From an uncultured Clostridium sp. (lineage in GTDB: Bacteria; Bacillota; Clostridia; TANB77; CAG-508), in assembly GCA_947165355.1 (NCBI GenBank), contig CAMUZZ010000001.1, forward strand, positions 2,067 to 66,066: a stretch of 64,000 nucleotides of DNA, in the 5' to 3' direction. Each line of letters starts with the position of its first letter. Position 1 is the first letter of the stretch. Positions 32,220 to 42,300 of this stretch are shown here, one piece after another. Under the pieces are notes generated by a model that had not been told where the DNA came from, made no database searches, and worked only from the letters and a program-made list of their open reading frames with translations. A program made the translations under genes and the position numbers.

Positions 32220-33860
32220 CTATTTATCTTCGTAAAATATACTTCCTCCAATAAATTCTCTTAGTAGAGAATTATTTGGAACATACTCTGGTGGTATTGG
32301 TTGGAAGTATTCTAATAATGATAATAGCTTTTTGGCTTCAGAGTATTCATAATTTGAATTATCAATTTCTTTTAATAATGGCTCAGCATAATTTTTAAGT
32401 ACAGAAAGCTCATAAATTAGAGATGAATTAAACATACTATCTGCTTGCTCTTGGAATGGGAATATATTGTTTCTTTCCCCTCTATTTACAGATTCCCACA
32501 TTTTTAAAGTATGTAATGCAGAATATCCTCTAAATTGATGATCTCTTACTATTCTTCTTATAAGTCTTGTATCGGTTGTAGATATTCTGTTGTTGTAATC
32601 TTGATTTAACACTGTTAAACAACTAATGTATATTTTATATTTTTGATCTTTAGGAATTAATGGAGTAAGTTTATCGTTTAAGCAATGAATTCCTTCAATT
32701 ACAAGAATTTGATCATCTTTTAATCTCATCTTTTCTCCATTGTATTCTTTTCTTCCAACTTCAAAATTAAATGTTGGAACGTCTATTTCATCGCCATTTA
32801 AAAGTTTAAGAATATGATTGTTAAATAGCTCTGTATCAATTGCTTCTATACATTCGAAATCATATTCACCATTTTCATCTTTAGGGTTTTGAGGTCTTTC
32901 AACAAAATAATTATCTACAGACATTGTTACTGGTTTTAACCCGTTAAGTCTTAAATGAATTCCTAATCTGTGAGCAAATGTTGTTTTTCCAGAAGATGAT
33001 GGTCCTGCAATTAAAACAACCCTTACTCTTTCTCTTTTTACTATGTCGTCTGCAATTTGCGCCATTTTTTTCTCATGTAAAGCTTCATCAAGCAATATAA
33101 ATTCTTTTATTTTATCTCTTTTAATTATTCTATTTAATTTGTACAAAGTTTGAATGTGAAGTGTTTGGTGAACTCTTTCGTACTCATCAAGAGTTTCAAG
33201 TAATTTAATATTTTCTTCAAACTCTGGTAGCTTTGTTATGTCTTTTCTACTAGGATATCTTATTAAAATTCCACCATGGTATTTTTCTATTTTGTATATT
33301 TTAGCAAAACCAGTTGTAATTGGTAATACACCGTAAAAGTAGTTGTAGTAATCTTCGCAGTAATACAAACTAACCTCATCTTTATTACCATCTACAATTT
33401 GCAATCTTCCTTTTTCATTTTTTTCTACTTCATAGAATTCCTTTGCTTCCTTCTTTGTCATTTTCTTTTTTGTAATTGGCAAATTCTTATCAACAATATC
33501 CTTAAATTTTATGTTTATTTTTTCAATCATTTCGTCTGTAACAGGTTCATTAACAACTTCAAACAACATTGAATTTGATAGCTGATAATTAATTACTGTT
33601 TTTACATCTGGATATAATGCTTCGAAAGCCTTAGAAAGTATGTATATTAGACCTCTAACATATATTCTCATTCCATCTTTGTTTTTAGCATCTATTAATT
33701 CTATGGTTCCATTGCCAGTTATTTCGTAATTTAAAGATTTTACTTCGTTATTAAATCTGCACGCAATCGCATTTTTACTTTCAATCTCATCTTTAAATAA
33801 ATCTATAACTTTAATGGCTTCTGTTTCTATCTTTTTTCCATCATAAAAAACCTCTATCAT
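32220..33860 (-). CDS. Nucleoside/uridine kinase-family P-loop protein fused to an N-terminal TGS-like domain
   Basis: Walker A GPSSSGKTT with PRK/uridine-kinase-like core; about 230-aa N-terminal extension. Confidence 0.6.
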   Translation of the reverse strand: MIEVFYDGKKIETEAIKVIDLFKDEIESKNAIACRFNNEVKSLNYEITGNGTIELIDAKNKDGMRIYVRGLIYILSKAFEALYPDVKTVINYQLSNSMLFEVVNEPVTDEMIEKINIKFKDIVDKNLPITKKKMTKKEAKEFYEVEKNEKGRLQIVDGNKDEVSLYYCEDYYNYFYGVLPITTGFAKIYKIEKYHGGILIRYPSRKDITKLPEFEENIKLLETLDEYERVHQTLHIQTLYKLNRIIKRDKIKEFILLDEALHEKKMAQIADDIVKRERVRVVLIAGPSSSGKTTFAHRLGIHLRLNGLKPVTMSVDNYFVERPQNPKDENGEYDFECIEAIDTELFNNHILKLLNGDEIDVPTFNFEVGRKEYNGEKMRLKDDQILVIEGIHCLNDKLTPLIPKDQKYKIYISCLTVLNQDYNNRISTTDTRLIRRIVRDHQFRGYSALHTLKMWESVNRGERNNIFPFQEQADSMFNSSLIYELSVLKNYAEPLLKEIDNSNYEYSEAKKLLSLLEYFQPIPPEYVPNNSLLREFIGGSIFYEDK

Positions 33861-33973
33861 ATAACCTCCACTTATATGTTTTTGATTAATGCCAGCCCAT
33901 CCCTACATAGCCAAAATCAATTAGTATAACTGGCATTGTCATTGTATATCTATATTTTTTTTTAGTCAAGTAA

Positions 33974-34003
33974 TTGACAATAATATTCAAGTTGTATTAT
34001 GAT
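33974..34003 (+). promoter_or_regulatory. SigA-type promoter (TTGACA-17/18-TATGAT) with overlapping GTCAA-N5-TTGAC palindrome
   Basis: Consensus -35 box and TG-extended -10 about 30 nt upstream of the AGGAGG RBS of the zinc-ribbon gene. Confidence 0.45.
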
Positions 34004-34031
34004 ATACATATCAAAAAAAGGAGGATTTATT

Positions 34032-34658
34032 ATGAGTAAAATTTGTGAAAAATGCGGTACAGAATTACAAGATACAGACAAAAAATGTCCAAATTGTAAT
34101 GCTGATGTTGAAGTTAAAAAAACAACTGAGGATGTTGAAGTTAATAAAGCTACTACAACAAAAAGTAATTTATTAAGCGATAAGAAAACACTAACAATAA
34201 TTGGTATTGCAGCAGCTGCTGTTTTATTGGTTGTTATTCTTTTAGTTGTTGCTTTAAGTGGTGGTTATAAAAAACCAATTAAAAACTATTTCAAAGGTTC
34301 ACAAACATATAATGCAAAAACTATAGTAAAAGCTTTCCCAACATTCATGAAGGACGATAAGCTAGATAAATATGATGAAGACTATATGGAAGACTTTAAA
34401 GAAGATTTAGAAAAAGAATATGGAAAAAGAGTTAAATACGACTACAAAATCATAGGAAAAATAAAATTAGAAAAAGAAGACCTAGAAAAAGCACAAAAAT
34501 CATTAGAGAAAAAATATGATGATGTAAAAATTAAAGTTACAGACGGATACCAATTATGCTTACAAATAAAAATTAAAGGATCTGAAGATCATGAAGAATA
34601 CTTCTATCCATACAGCGTATACAAAGTTAACGGAAAATGGTGCTTAATAAGTGAATAA
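34032..34658 (+). CDS. Zinc-ribbon membrane-anchored protein
   Basis: CEKCG...CPNCN zinc ribbon, TM helix, Lys/Asp-rich extracellular domain. Start at 34032 after AAAGGAGGA. Confidence 0.6.
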   Translation: MSKICEKCGTELQDTDKKCPNCNADVEVKKTTEDVEVNKATTTKSNLLSDKKTLTIIGIAAAAVLLVVILLVVALSGGYKKPIKNYFKGSQTYNAKTIVKAFPTFMKDDKLDKYDEDYMEDFKEDLEKEYGKRVKYDYKIIGKIKLEKEDLEKAQKSLEKKYDDVKIKVTDGYQLCLQIKIKGSEDHEEYFYPYSVYKVNGKWCLISE

Positions 34659-34772
34659 TACATAAAGAACCAGGAAAACCTGGTTCTTTTTTTACTTTTA
34701 TAATTATTATTGCTTTGCTCATTATTACATTCATCTATAACTTTTCTTTATATATGCTGCAATATTTTTTAA

Positions 34773-37400
34773 CTAAGATAGCTTTTCTTTAATTTTAACC
34801 AATGTGTTAAGAGCATCAATTGGAGTTAGTTGATTAAAATCTATTTTATCAATTTCATGTGCCACCTCTGCTATTTTAAAGTTATAGTTAACATCTTGCT
34901 CTGCTACCTGCTTTGGCTCTGAAATACCGCTTGCAATATTTATTTTATTGTATGCAATATTTTTTCTTTCAAGACTTTGTAGTATTTCATTTGCTTTTGC
35001 TGTAACTACCTGTGGAACCCCTGCTAGTTTAGCAACATGAACTCCGTAGCTTTCGTCTGTTCCACCATTTACAATTTTTCTTAAGAATACTATATCTTCT
35101 CCCTTTTCTTTAACTGCAATTGAGTAATTTTTTACTCCTTCTATCTTTTCTTCTAATTCAGTTAGTTCGTGATAATGTGTTGCAAATAATGTTTTAGCTC
35201 CGCATTTTTCTTTATCAGCAATATATTCAGCAACTGCCCATGCAATTGAAAGTCCATCGTACGTTGAAGTTCCCCTACCTATTTCATCTAGAATAACCAA
35301 ACTATTTTGTGTTGCTTCTTTTAAAATTGTTGCAACCTCCATCATTTCAACCATAAATGTACTTTGACCCATGCTTAAATCATCTGATGCACCAACTCTT
35401 GTAAATATTTTGTCAACAACGCCAATTCTTGCAGAACTTGCTGGTACAAAACTTCCAACTTGTGCCATCAAAGTTATTAAAGCTACTTGCCTCATAAAAG
35501 TTGATTTTCCAGCCATATTAGGCCCTGTTATTATTGCCAACCTGTTTTCATTTTTATCTAAATATGTATCGTTTGGAACAAAATTATTAGATGTAATCAT
35601 CTTTTCGATTACAGGGTGTCTTCCATCTTTTATATCTATTATTCCTTCTTCGTCAACACTTGGTTTTACATAGTTCATGTCTTCAGCAACATTTGCAAAA
35701 GATGTTAAAACATCTAGCGTTGATATTAAGTTTGCCGTTTTTTGAACCCTTTGAATTTCTTTTTCAATAGAATCCCTTATTTCACAAAAAGCATTGTATT
35801 CTAAAATAACAACTCTTTCTTCTGCACCTAAAATTTGATTTTCTAAGTTCTTAAGATCTTCTGTTATATATCTTTCTGCATTTGCTAAAGTTTGCTTACG
35901 AATATATCGTTCTGGAACCATTGATAAATTTGACTTTGTAACTTCTATAAAATATCCAAATACTTTGTTAAAACCAACTTTTAATCCTTTAATTCCAGTT
36001 GCTTCTCGCTCTTTATTCTCTAGGTCTATTATCCACTTTTTACCCTCAGTTGTAGCTTTTTTTAATGTGTCTATTTCATCATTGTAACCAATTTTAATTA
36101 TTCCTCCATCTTTAACACCAATTGGAGGTTCATCAACTATTGATTTTTCAATTATTTCGTATATATCTTCTAACGCATCTAGTCCTTCACAAATTCCGAC
36201 TAACATTTTACTTTTAGCACTAGCTAATACTTTTTTAATATCTGGTAACTGTTTTACAGAATTTTTTAGAGATATTAAATCCCTTCCATTAGCACTTCCA
36301 TAAGATATTTTTCCTGCAAGTCTTTCTATGTCATATACTTTTTTTAGTGACTCTATTAAATCTCCTCTTAACATTATAGAGTCTTTTAGCTCTTGTACTG
36401 CATCAAGTCTACCATTTATTTCGTTTATATCTATTAATGGATCATTAAGCCATCTTCTTAATAAACGACCACCCATTGATGTAGACGTTTTATCTAAAAC
36501 CCATAGAAGAGTTCCTTTTTTAGATTTATCACGCATCTTTTCGGTAATTTCCAAATTTCTTCTTGCATTTATATCTAGTGCCATATAACGAGTAGTATTA
36601 TATATTTTTATTGTATTAATATGATCTAAGCTTGTTTTTTGAGTATCTTCTAAATATCTTAGTAATGCATTTATAGAGTATATTGCAAGCTTTTTCTCTG
36701 GTAGTTTGTTATCTTGTATTTTCTCATTTTTATCATCAACAATTTTGTACATTCCAGATAGTAGCTCAAATTCTCCATCAAAGGCATCTTCGTCCTCTTT
36801 TGAAATATATGTATCAAAACGTTCTTTTATCTTTTCAATTTCAGTTTTGCTACTAAACATCATGTCTGAAACTATAATTTCTGCTGGAGAAAATCTTGCA
36901 ATTTCATCAAGCAACCTTTCAAAATTATTGTTTTCCATTATTTGAGTTGACAAAAATTCACCTGTTGAAACATCACAAACACTAATTCCAAAATACAATC
37001 CGTTTTTGTAAATTGACATTATATAGTTGTTTTTCTTTTCTTCTAAAAGGTTTGATTCCATTACAGTTCCTGGTGTAACTACCCTAACAACCTCTCTTTT
37101 AACAATTCCTTTTGCTGTTTTAGGATCCTCTACTTGCTCGCATATTGCTACTTTGTATCCCTTTTCAATAAGCTTTGCAATATAGCCTTCGGCTGCATGA
37201 TATGGAATTCCAGACATAGGAGCTCTTTTTTCTTGGCCGCAATCTTTTCCTGTTAATGTTAGCTCAAGCTCTCTTGAAACAATTTCGGCGTCATCGTAGA
37301 ACATTTCGTAAAAGTCGCCTAATCTATAGAATAAAACACAGTCATTATACTGTTTTTTTGTATCTAAATAATGTTGCATCATAGGTGAAAATTCTGCCAT
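34773..37400 (-). CDS. mutS: DNA mismatch repair protein MutS
   Basis: GPNMAGKSTFMRQ Walker A, ST(F/Y)MxEM, DEIGRGTSTYDG; full domain complement. Confidence 0.95.
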   Translation of the reverse strand: MAEFSPMMQHYLDTKKQYNDCVLFYRLGDFYEMFYDDAEIVSRELELTLTGKDCGQEKRAPMSGIPYHAAEGYIAKLIEKGYKVAICEQVEDPKTAKGIVKREVVRVVTPGTVMESNLLEEKKNNYIMSIYKNGLYFGISVCDVSTGEFLSTQIMENNNFERLLDEIARFSPAEIIVSDMMFSSKTEIEKIKERFDTYISKEDEDAFDGEFELLSGMYKIVDDKNEKIQDNKLPEKKLAIYSINALLRYLEDTQKTSLDHINTIKIYNTTRYMALDINARRNLEITEKMRDKSKKGTLLWVLDKTSTSMGGRLLRRWLNDPLIDINEINGRLDAVQELKDSIMLRGDLIESLKKVYDIERLAGKISYGSANGRDLISLKNSVKQLPDIKKVLASAKSKMLVGICEGLDALEDIYEIIEKSIVDEPPIGVKDGGIIKIGYNDEIDTLKKATTEGKKWIIDLENKEREATGIKGLKVGFNKVFGYFIEVTKSNLSMVPERYIRKQTLANAERYITEDLKNLENQILGAEERVVILEYNAFCEIRDSIEKEIQRVQKTANLISTLDVLTSFANVAEDMNYVKPSVDEEGIIDIKDGRHPVIEKMITSNNFVPNDTYLDKNENRLAIITGPNMAGKSTFMRQVALITLMAQVGSFVPASSARIGVVDKIFTRVGASDDLSMGQSTFMVEMMEVATILKEATQNSLVILDEIGRGTSTYDGLSIAWAVAEYIADKEKCGAKTLFATHYHELTELEEKIEGVKNYSIAVKEKGEDIVFLRKIVNGGTDESYGVHVAKLAGVPQVVTAKANEILQSLERKNIAYNKINIASGISEPKQVAEQDVNYNFKIAEVAHEIDKIDFNQLTPIDALNTLVKIKEKLS

Positions 37401-37502
37401 TTGATTACCTCTTTCTTTATTTCACATTGTTATTTCTAGCAGCCATTCTATATCATTTTTCGCACTTTTTCAACAAATTTTTAAATAAAAATAAGTCAAT
37501 GC

Positions 37503-37749
37503 GGTCGGTTCTGTTTGACACAAATCTAGAAACTTTACCAAAACAAAAAAAGATAGATACATATAAATGAAAACCGCGCAGTTTGGGAGCATGTATAAAT
37601 ATAATTTAAAGTTTATTAAATATTTACATTAAAATATATTTATTGCTTTAATAACAAATGCGACCAGTAAGGTTTGAATGGTTATGTATCTATCTTTTTT
37701 AGTTTTGAATTTTTTAAAGTACCCCAATTTTTGTCAAACAGAACCGTCC
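37503..37749. mobile_element. Roughly 250-bp structure with about 65-bp imperfect terminal inverted repeats enclosing copy A of the 98-nt element (MITE-like candidate)
   Basis: IR-L 37503-37567 and IR-R 37681-37749. They share GG(T/A)CGGTTCTGTTTGACA (17/18 match) and AAAAAAGATAGATACATA (18/18) in inverted orientation. Centre 37575-37672 is copy A (CGCGCAGTTTGGGAGCATGTATAAAT...AATGCGACCAGTAAGG). Confidence 0.5.
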
Positions 37750-37762
37750 CTAATGACTCTCA

Positions 37763-39139
37763 TTAACTTATTTTTCCTTTTAAGTACCACATGTGCTCTG
37801 ATACTATTTCAAGATTTGTCATGCTTCCAATTAAACTTTCATCTCCTTCAAAGTTTACTACTTTGTTAGAATCGGTTCTTCCAGTTAGCATTTCATCGTT
37901 GTTTTTACTTTTTCCTTCTACCAATACTTTTTGTATTGTTCCTACATATTTTTTGTTATTCTCGTCTATTTGACTTTCAACAAGAGCTTTTAATCTATCA
38001 AATCTTTTATGCTTTACGTCTTCAGGAATTTGGTTTGGCATCTTATCTCCTGGTGTACCAACCCTTCTTGAATATATAAACATATATACTTGCTCAAAAT
38101 TAACTTTTCGTACAACATCTAATGTGTCTTCGAAGTCTTCTTCAGTTTCGCCAGGAAATCCTACTATAATGTCTGTTGATAAAGTTAAATTTGGTATTGT
38201 AGATTTCATTTTATCTACCAAACTTAAAAATTGCTCTTTTGTATATTTTCTATTCATAATTTTTAAAACAGCAGAGCTTCCAGATTGCAATGGTAAATGA
38301 ACTAATTTGCACACTTTCTCACAATCTCTAATTGCTTCTATTACATCATCTGTAAAATCCTTTGGATGTGGAGAAATAAATCTTATTCTCTCGATTCCAG
38401 AAATTTTGTTTACAGCTCTCAGTAATTCTGAAAACTTATTTATTCCTAAATTTCCATTTCCTTTGTATGAATTCACATTTTGTCCCAAAAGCGTTACTTC
38501 TTTATATCCGCTTCTTGCTAACTCTTCAACCTCATTTATAATGTCTTCAGGATCACGGCTACGCTCTCTACCACGAACATAAGGTACTATACAATAACTA
38601 CAGAAATTGTTGCATCCATTCATAATCGTAACAGAAGCTTTTATTGTATCATTTCTTTTTATTGGAAGGCCTTCAATAACCTCACCATCTATATCTAAGA
38701 TGTCCATTATTTTTTCTTTGTTACATAAAACGTTGTATAAATCTTCTGGCAACTTATGAAGAGTATGTGTTCCAAATATTATATCTACATAGTTATAGCT
38801 TTGTTTTATTTTATCAACAATATGTTTTTCCTGCATCATACAACCACATATTGCAATAACTGTTCCATTTTTCTCGCGAAGTCTTTTAACTTCTCCAAGT
38901 TTACCAAAAAGTTTATCTTCAGCATTTTCACGAACGCAACATGTGTTAAATATTATGAAATTTGATTCGTTAATATTATCAGTTTTTGTATACCCCATTG
39001 ACTCAAGCATGCCACATATCTTTTCCGAATCATTTTCATTTAATTGGCAACCCATTGTAAAAATTGTATATTTTAAATTTTTGCCAGCATTTAATCCATT
39101 AACTTTTTCTATAAAATCTCTCTGATTTCCTATATCCAA
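37763..39139 (-). CDS. miaB: tRNA (N6-isopentenyladenosine37) methylthiotransferase MiaB
   Basis: MTTase N-terminal cysteine cluster, radical SAM CxxxCxxC (CNNFCSYC), TRAM domain. Confidence 0.9.
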   Translation of the reverse strand: MDIGNQRDFIEKVNGLNAGKNLKYTIFTMGCQLNENDSEKICGMLESMGYTKTDNINESNFIIFNTCCVRENAEDKLFGKLGEVKRLREKNGTVIAICGCMMQEKHIVDKIKQSYNYVDIIFGTHTLHKLPEDLYNVLCNKEKIMDILDIDGEVIEGLPIKRNDTIKASVTIMNGCNNFCSYCIVPYVRGRERSRDPEDIINEVEELARSGYKEVTLLGQNVNSYKGNGNLGINKFSELLRAVNKISGIERIRFISPHPKDFTDDVIEAIRDCEKVCKLVHLPLQSGSSAVLKIMNRKYTKEQFLSLVDKMKSTIPNLTLSTDIIVGFPGETEEDFEDTLDVVRKVNFEQVYMFIYSRRVGTPGDKMPNQIPEDVKHKRFDRLKALVESQIDENNKKYVGTIQKVLVEGKSKNNDEMLTGRTDSNKVVNFEGDESLIGSMTNLEIVSEHMWYLKGKIS

Positions 39140-39333
39140 CTTTGCACTCCCCTTATATTAACAACTCATCTTACTTCTATAATTTTTTAATAGTGCTATT
39201 TTACTACATTTTTCAAGTATTATCAAGATGCAAGAGCTAATCTAGCATTACAGTACTTCTCTTTGCCCAAAAATAAAAAAAGAACAATTAAATAAATCCT
39301 TGAAATTTTGTTGTTTTTTGTGGTTTATTCAGT

Positions 39334-42300
39334 CTACTCAGCTAATTGTGGTTTTATTAATATTTCAAATTCTTTTTCTAGTCCTTCAGCAGAGATTTTT
39401 ACTTTGTTATAACCTACTTTCACATTGTTTTTATCATATGAAACCTCATAGTTATCGACTTTGGCATATATACCATTTCCATATTTTGCTTCAACAATCA
39501 TGCCATCAAAGTTTATTTCTCCTCGTGTAAATCTGTCATTATCTGGTAATTTAGCAATTCTTAATTCTATAGGCTTTATAGTATCTGACTCTTTTAGTAT
39601 GTACGTTACATCATCATCGTCCCTAATAACATATACTTTACTGTTATTGCTTACTCTTGTTTTAGATGGAATATCTCTATTCATCTTTTTTCCATCAATT
39701 TCTAGTACATATCTTTTTAATTCCATTGAATATAAGAAAATCTCTTTGTTAGCTGGTACTAATAAATCTTGTTCCGCAATATTTAGTCTTATATTTTCTG
39801 GAAGAGCATCAAGTTCTTCCTTTGTATATAATTCACCATACACATCAGCAAAAACATCAATATTCTTTGAAACATTATTAAAATTATAATCACCTTTTTG
39901 AATTTTTCCTAGATCAATTGCTATGCCATTTCTTACAGAACTAATTTTACTTAAATCAATTTTATTTCCTTCAACCCTATAACGCCTAATTCCAGGAAGT
40001 GCGAAAAACTCGCTTGTTTCATCCGCATTACAATAGCTAATATCTAATTTCCATAAACTTGGTAGTTCATCTAACTTGCTAATGTTTCTTTCTACTTTAT
40101 TATTTGCTAAAGATAGCTGCTTAATACTCTCATTTTTAGTTGGGAGCATATTTACATCTACAATGTTGCAGTTGTCTACATTTAAAACAACTATATATTT
40201 ATCATTTAATGATCTAAAATCACTTATATTATTACCACTTAAATTTAAGTTTCTTATTTCATCAACATCATCTAAAAACGATAAATTTGTTATTTGATTA
40301 TTAGCTAAATTCAAATTGTATAAAGACTTCTTAAAACAAGTAAATCCAGATGTATTACAATCTGATAAGTCTAAATATGTTATTTCGTTCATATTCAAAC
40401 TGTTAAGATCTTTAATATTTTTATTGCCTGCCAAGGATAAAGTAACAATTTTTGGTAGTTGATTTACATATTGAATGCTTTCAACGTTACAATTTGCAAT
40501 GTTTAATACTATTAAGTTTTTACAATTTTCGTATCCTTTAACATTTTCATTATTTTCCAATTGTAAGTTCTCTAGGCTGCTTAAAGACCCCAAAGAAGAT
40601 ACATCGGATACATTATTATTTCTTAAATCTAAATATGTTAGCTTTTTACAATTTGCAAGTGGAGTAACATCTGTAATATTATTATTTCTAGCATCTATGC
40701 CTTCCAAATTCTTTAAATACTCTATTCCTTTTAAGGATATTGCATTTTTATTTGCTATTGATATAACAGTAATATCATTTAACGTATCTTCGTTTATGTA
40801 ATCAACTCCATTAACTGTCCATGTTTGGTATTCATCTTTTATGGCATCTTCTATGGCTTTATTACCTATTTCTGATAACTTGAATCCATCTGCACCAACT
40901 TTTACAACTCCGTTCATATTTCTGTTTATAAACTCATCTTCATATGAAACATATAAACATCCTTTATCTCCCCAATTTTCTCCCCATGAGTTTAAGCATA
41001 TATATGCACCATTTTTTTCTGGCACCTTTCCACTTTCAGATTTAAATTTCTCTTTTGGATAATCATCATCCCATCCAATGACTGAAATACAATGACTTGA
41101 TGCTCTAGTACTACTATCAGTTCTATAAATGTTAACACCACTACATACAATACTTGCAGTAACCGATCCATAATTCATTATATGTCTTTTTACTATATTT
41201 TGGTATTCATTAAACTTTTGGTTTCCAACTTCTGATTTTGTAAAATCGGGAAATTCAACCGTATCTATATTTCCAATATCTACTGTGTCTACATTGAAAA
41301 ACACATTATATTCATCCTCTTTGTAGTCTTTATACTTTAATGTATCTTCCTTAGCTAGAGCTCCACTTCCATTTACATAGTCTCTCCATGTATCAAATCC
41401 TCCACCTGTGTGCAAATTTCTTCCTAAACCAGAACCCAATTCTTCAGATGTCATATAGTCTACATATATTTCAGAAAAATCATAATCTTCATTTTGTGTT
41501 AACGCTAAGTTTGTTTCTAAGGCTGTATTTGAGGCGAAGTTCCAGCATAACCCAAATCCAGCTTGATTTTCTACTTTAACATTAATTTTATCTCTTAAAT
41601 CAAATTTTCCTGGTAAAACCTTGTTTTCTGCCTTTTCGGTAGGATTATTGTTGTTATTTACTTCATTTTTTGTTTCATTATTATTTGTGTTACTGTTTTC
41701 GTTGTTATTTACGTTATTATTCACATTGTTGTTTACGCCGTTATTTACGTTATTATTCACATTGTTGTTTACGCCGTTATTTACATTATTATTTACATTA
41801 TTGTTTACGCTGTTATTTACATTATTGTTTACGTTATTATTTACATTATTGTTTACGTTGTTATTTATATTATTGTTTACGTTGTTATTTATATTATTGT
41901 TTACGTTGTTATTTACGTTATTATTTACATTGTTATTTTCGTTGTTATTTACGTTATTATTCACATTATTGTTTGAGTTATTAGCTATTTCATTTGTGTT
42001 GTTACCTTCATTATTATTTTGTTTTATATCAGGGCTTGATTCTTTTTCTACCTCTTTTAGCTCACCTAAGTCTTCATCCTGATCTTTTTTTATTATCTCA
42101 AATTCAGCTTCATCTACTTTTTTCTTTCTTGGTATAGATTCAATATCCTTCTTTTGGTCATCCGGCATACTCACATAATGTTTGTACTCATCTGTGTAAT
42201 TACGTTCATCAAGTTTTTCTTTAATAATTTCAGCTGTATCTTCTCCTTTTTTCTCGGCTTCCTCAATTTCATCTTGCATTATTACAGCACGCCTTGTGTT

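Noticed and set aside
37575-37672. Micro-ORF MYKYNLKFIKYLH inside copy A of the 98-nt element
   Set aside because: GGGAG is only 2 nt from the ATG. Copy B encodes a different peptide after MYK, so the coding sequence is not conserved.
41621-42082. Plus-strand ORFs of 153 aa (LLFTLLFT repeats) and 104 aa (41670..41984, YYLHYCLR repeats)
   Set aside because: They are antisense read-throughs of the 12/24-nt tandem repeat that encodes the Asn-rich linker of the minus-strand surface protein. The periodic protein sequence is an artefact of the DNA repeat.
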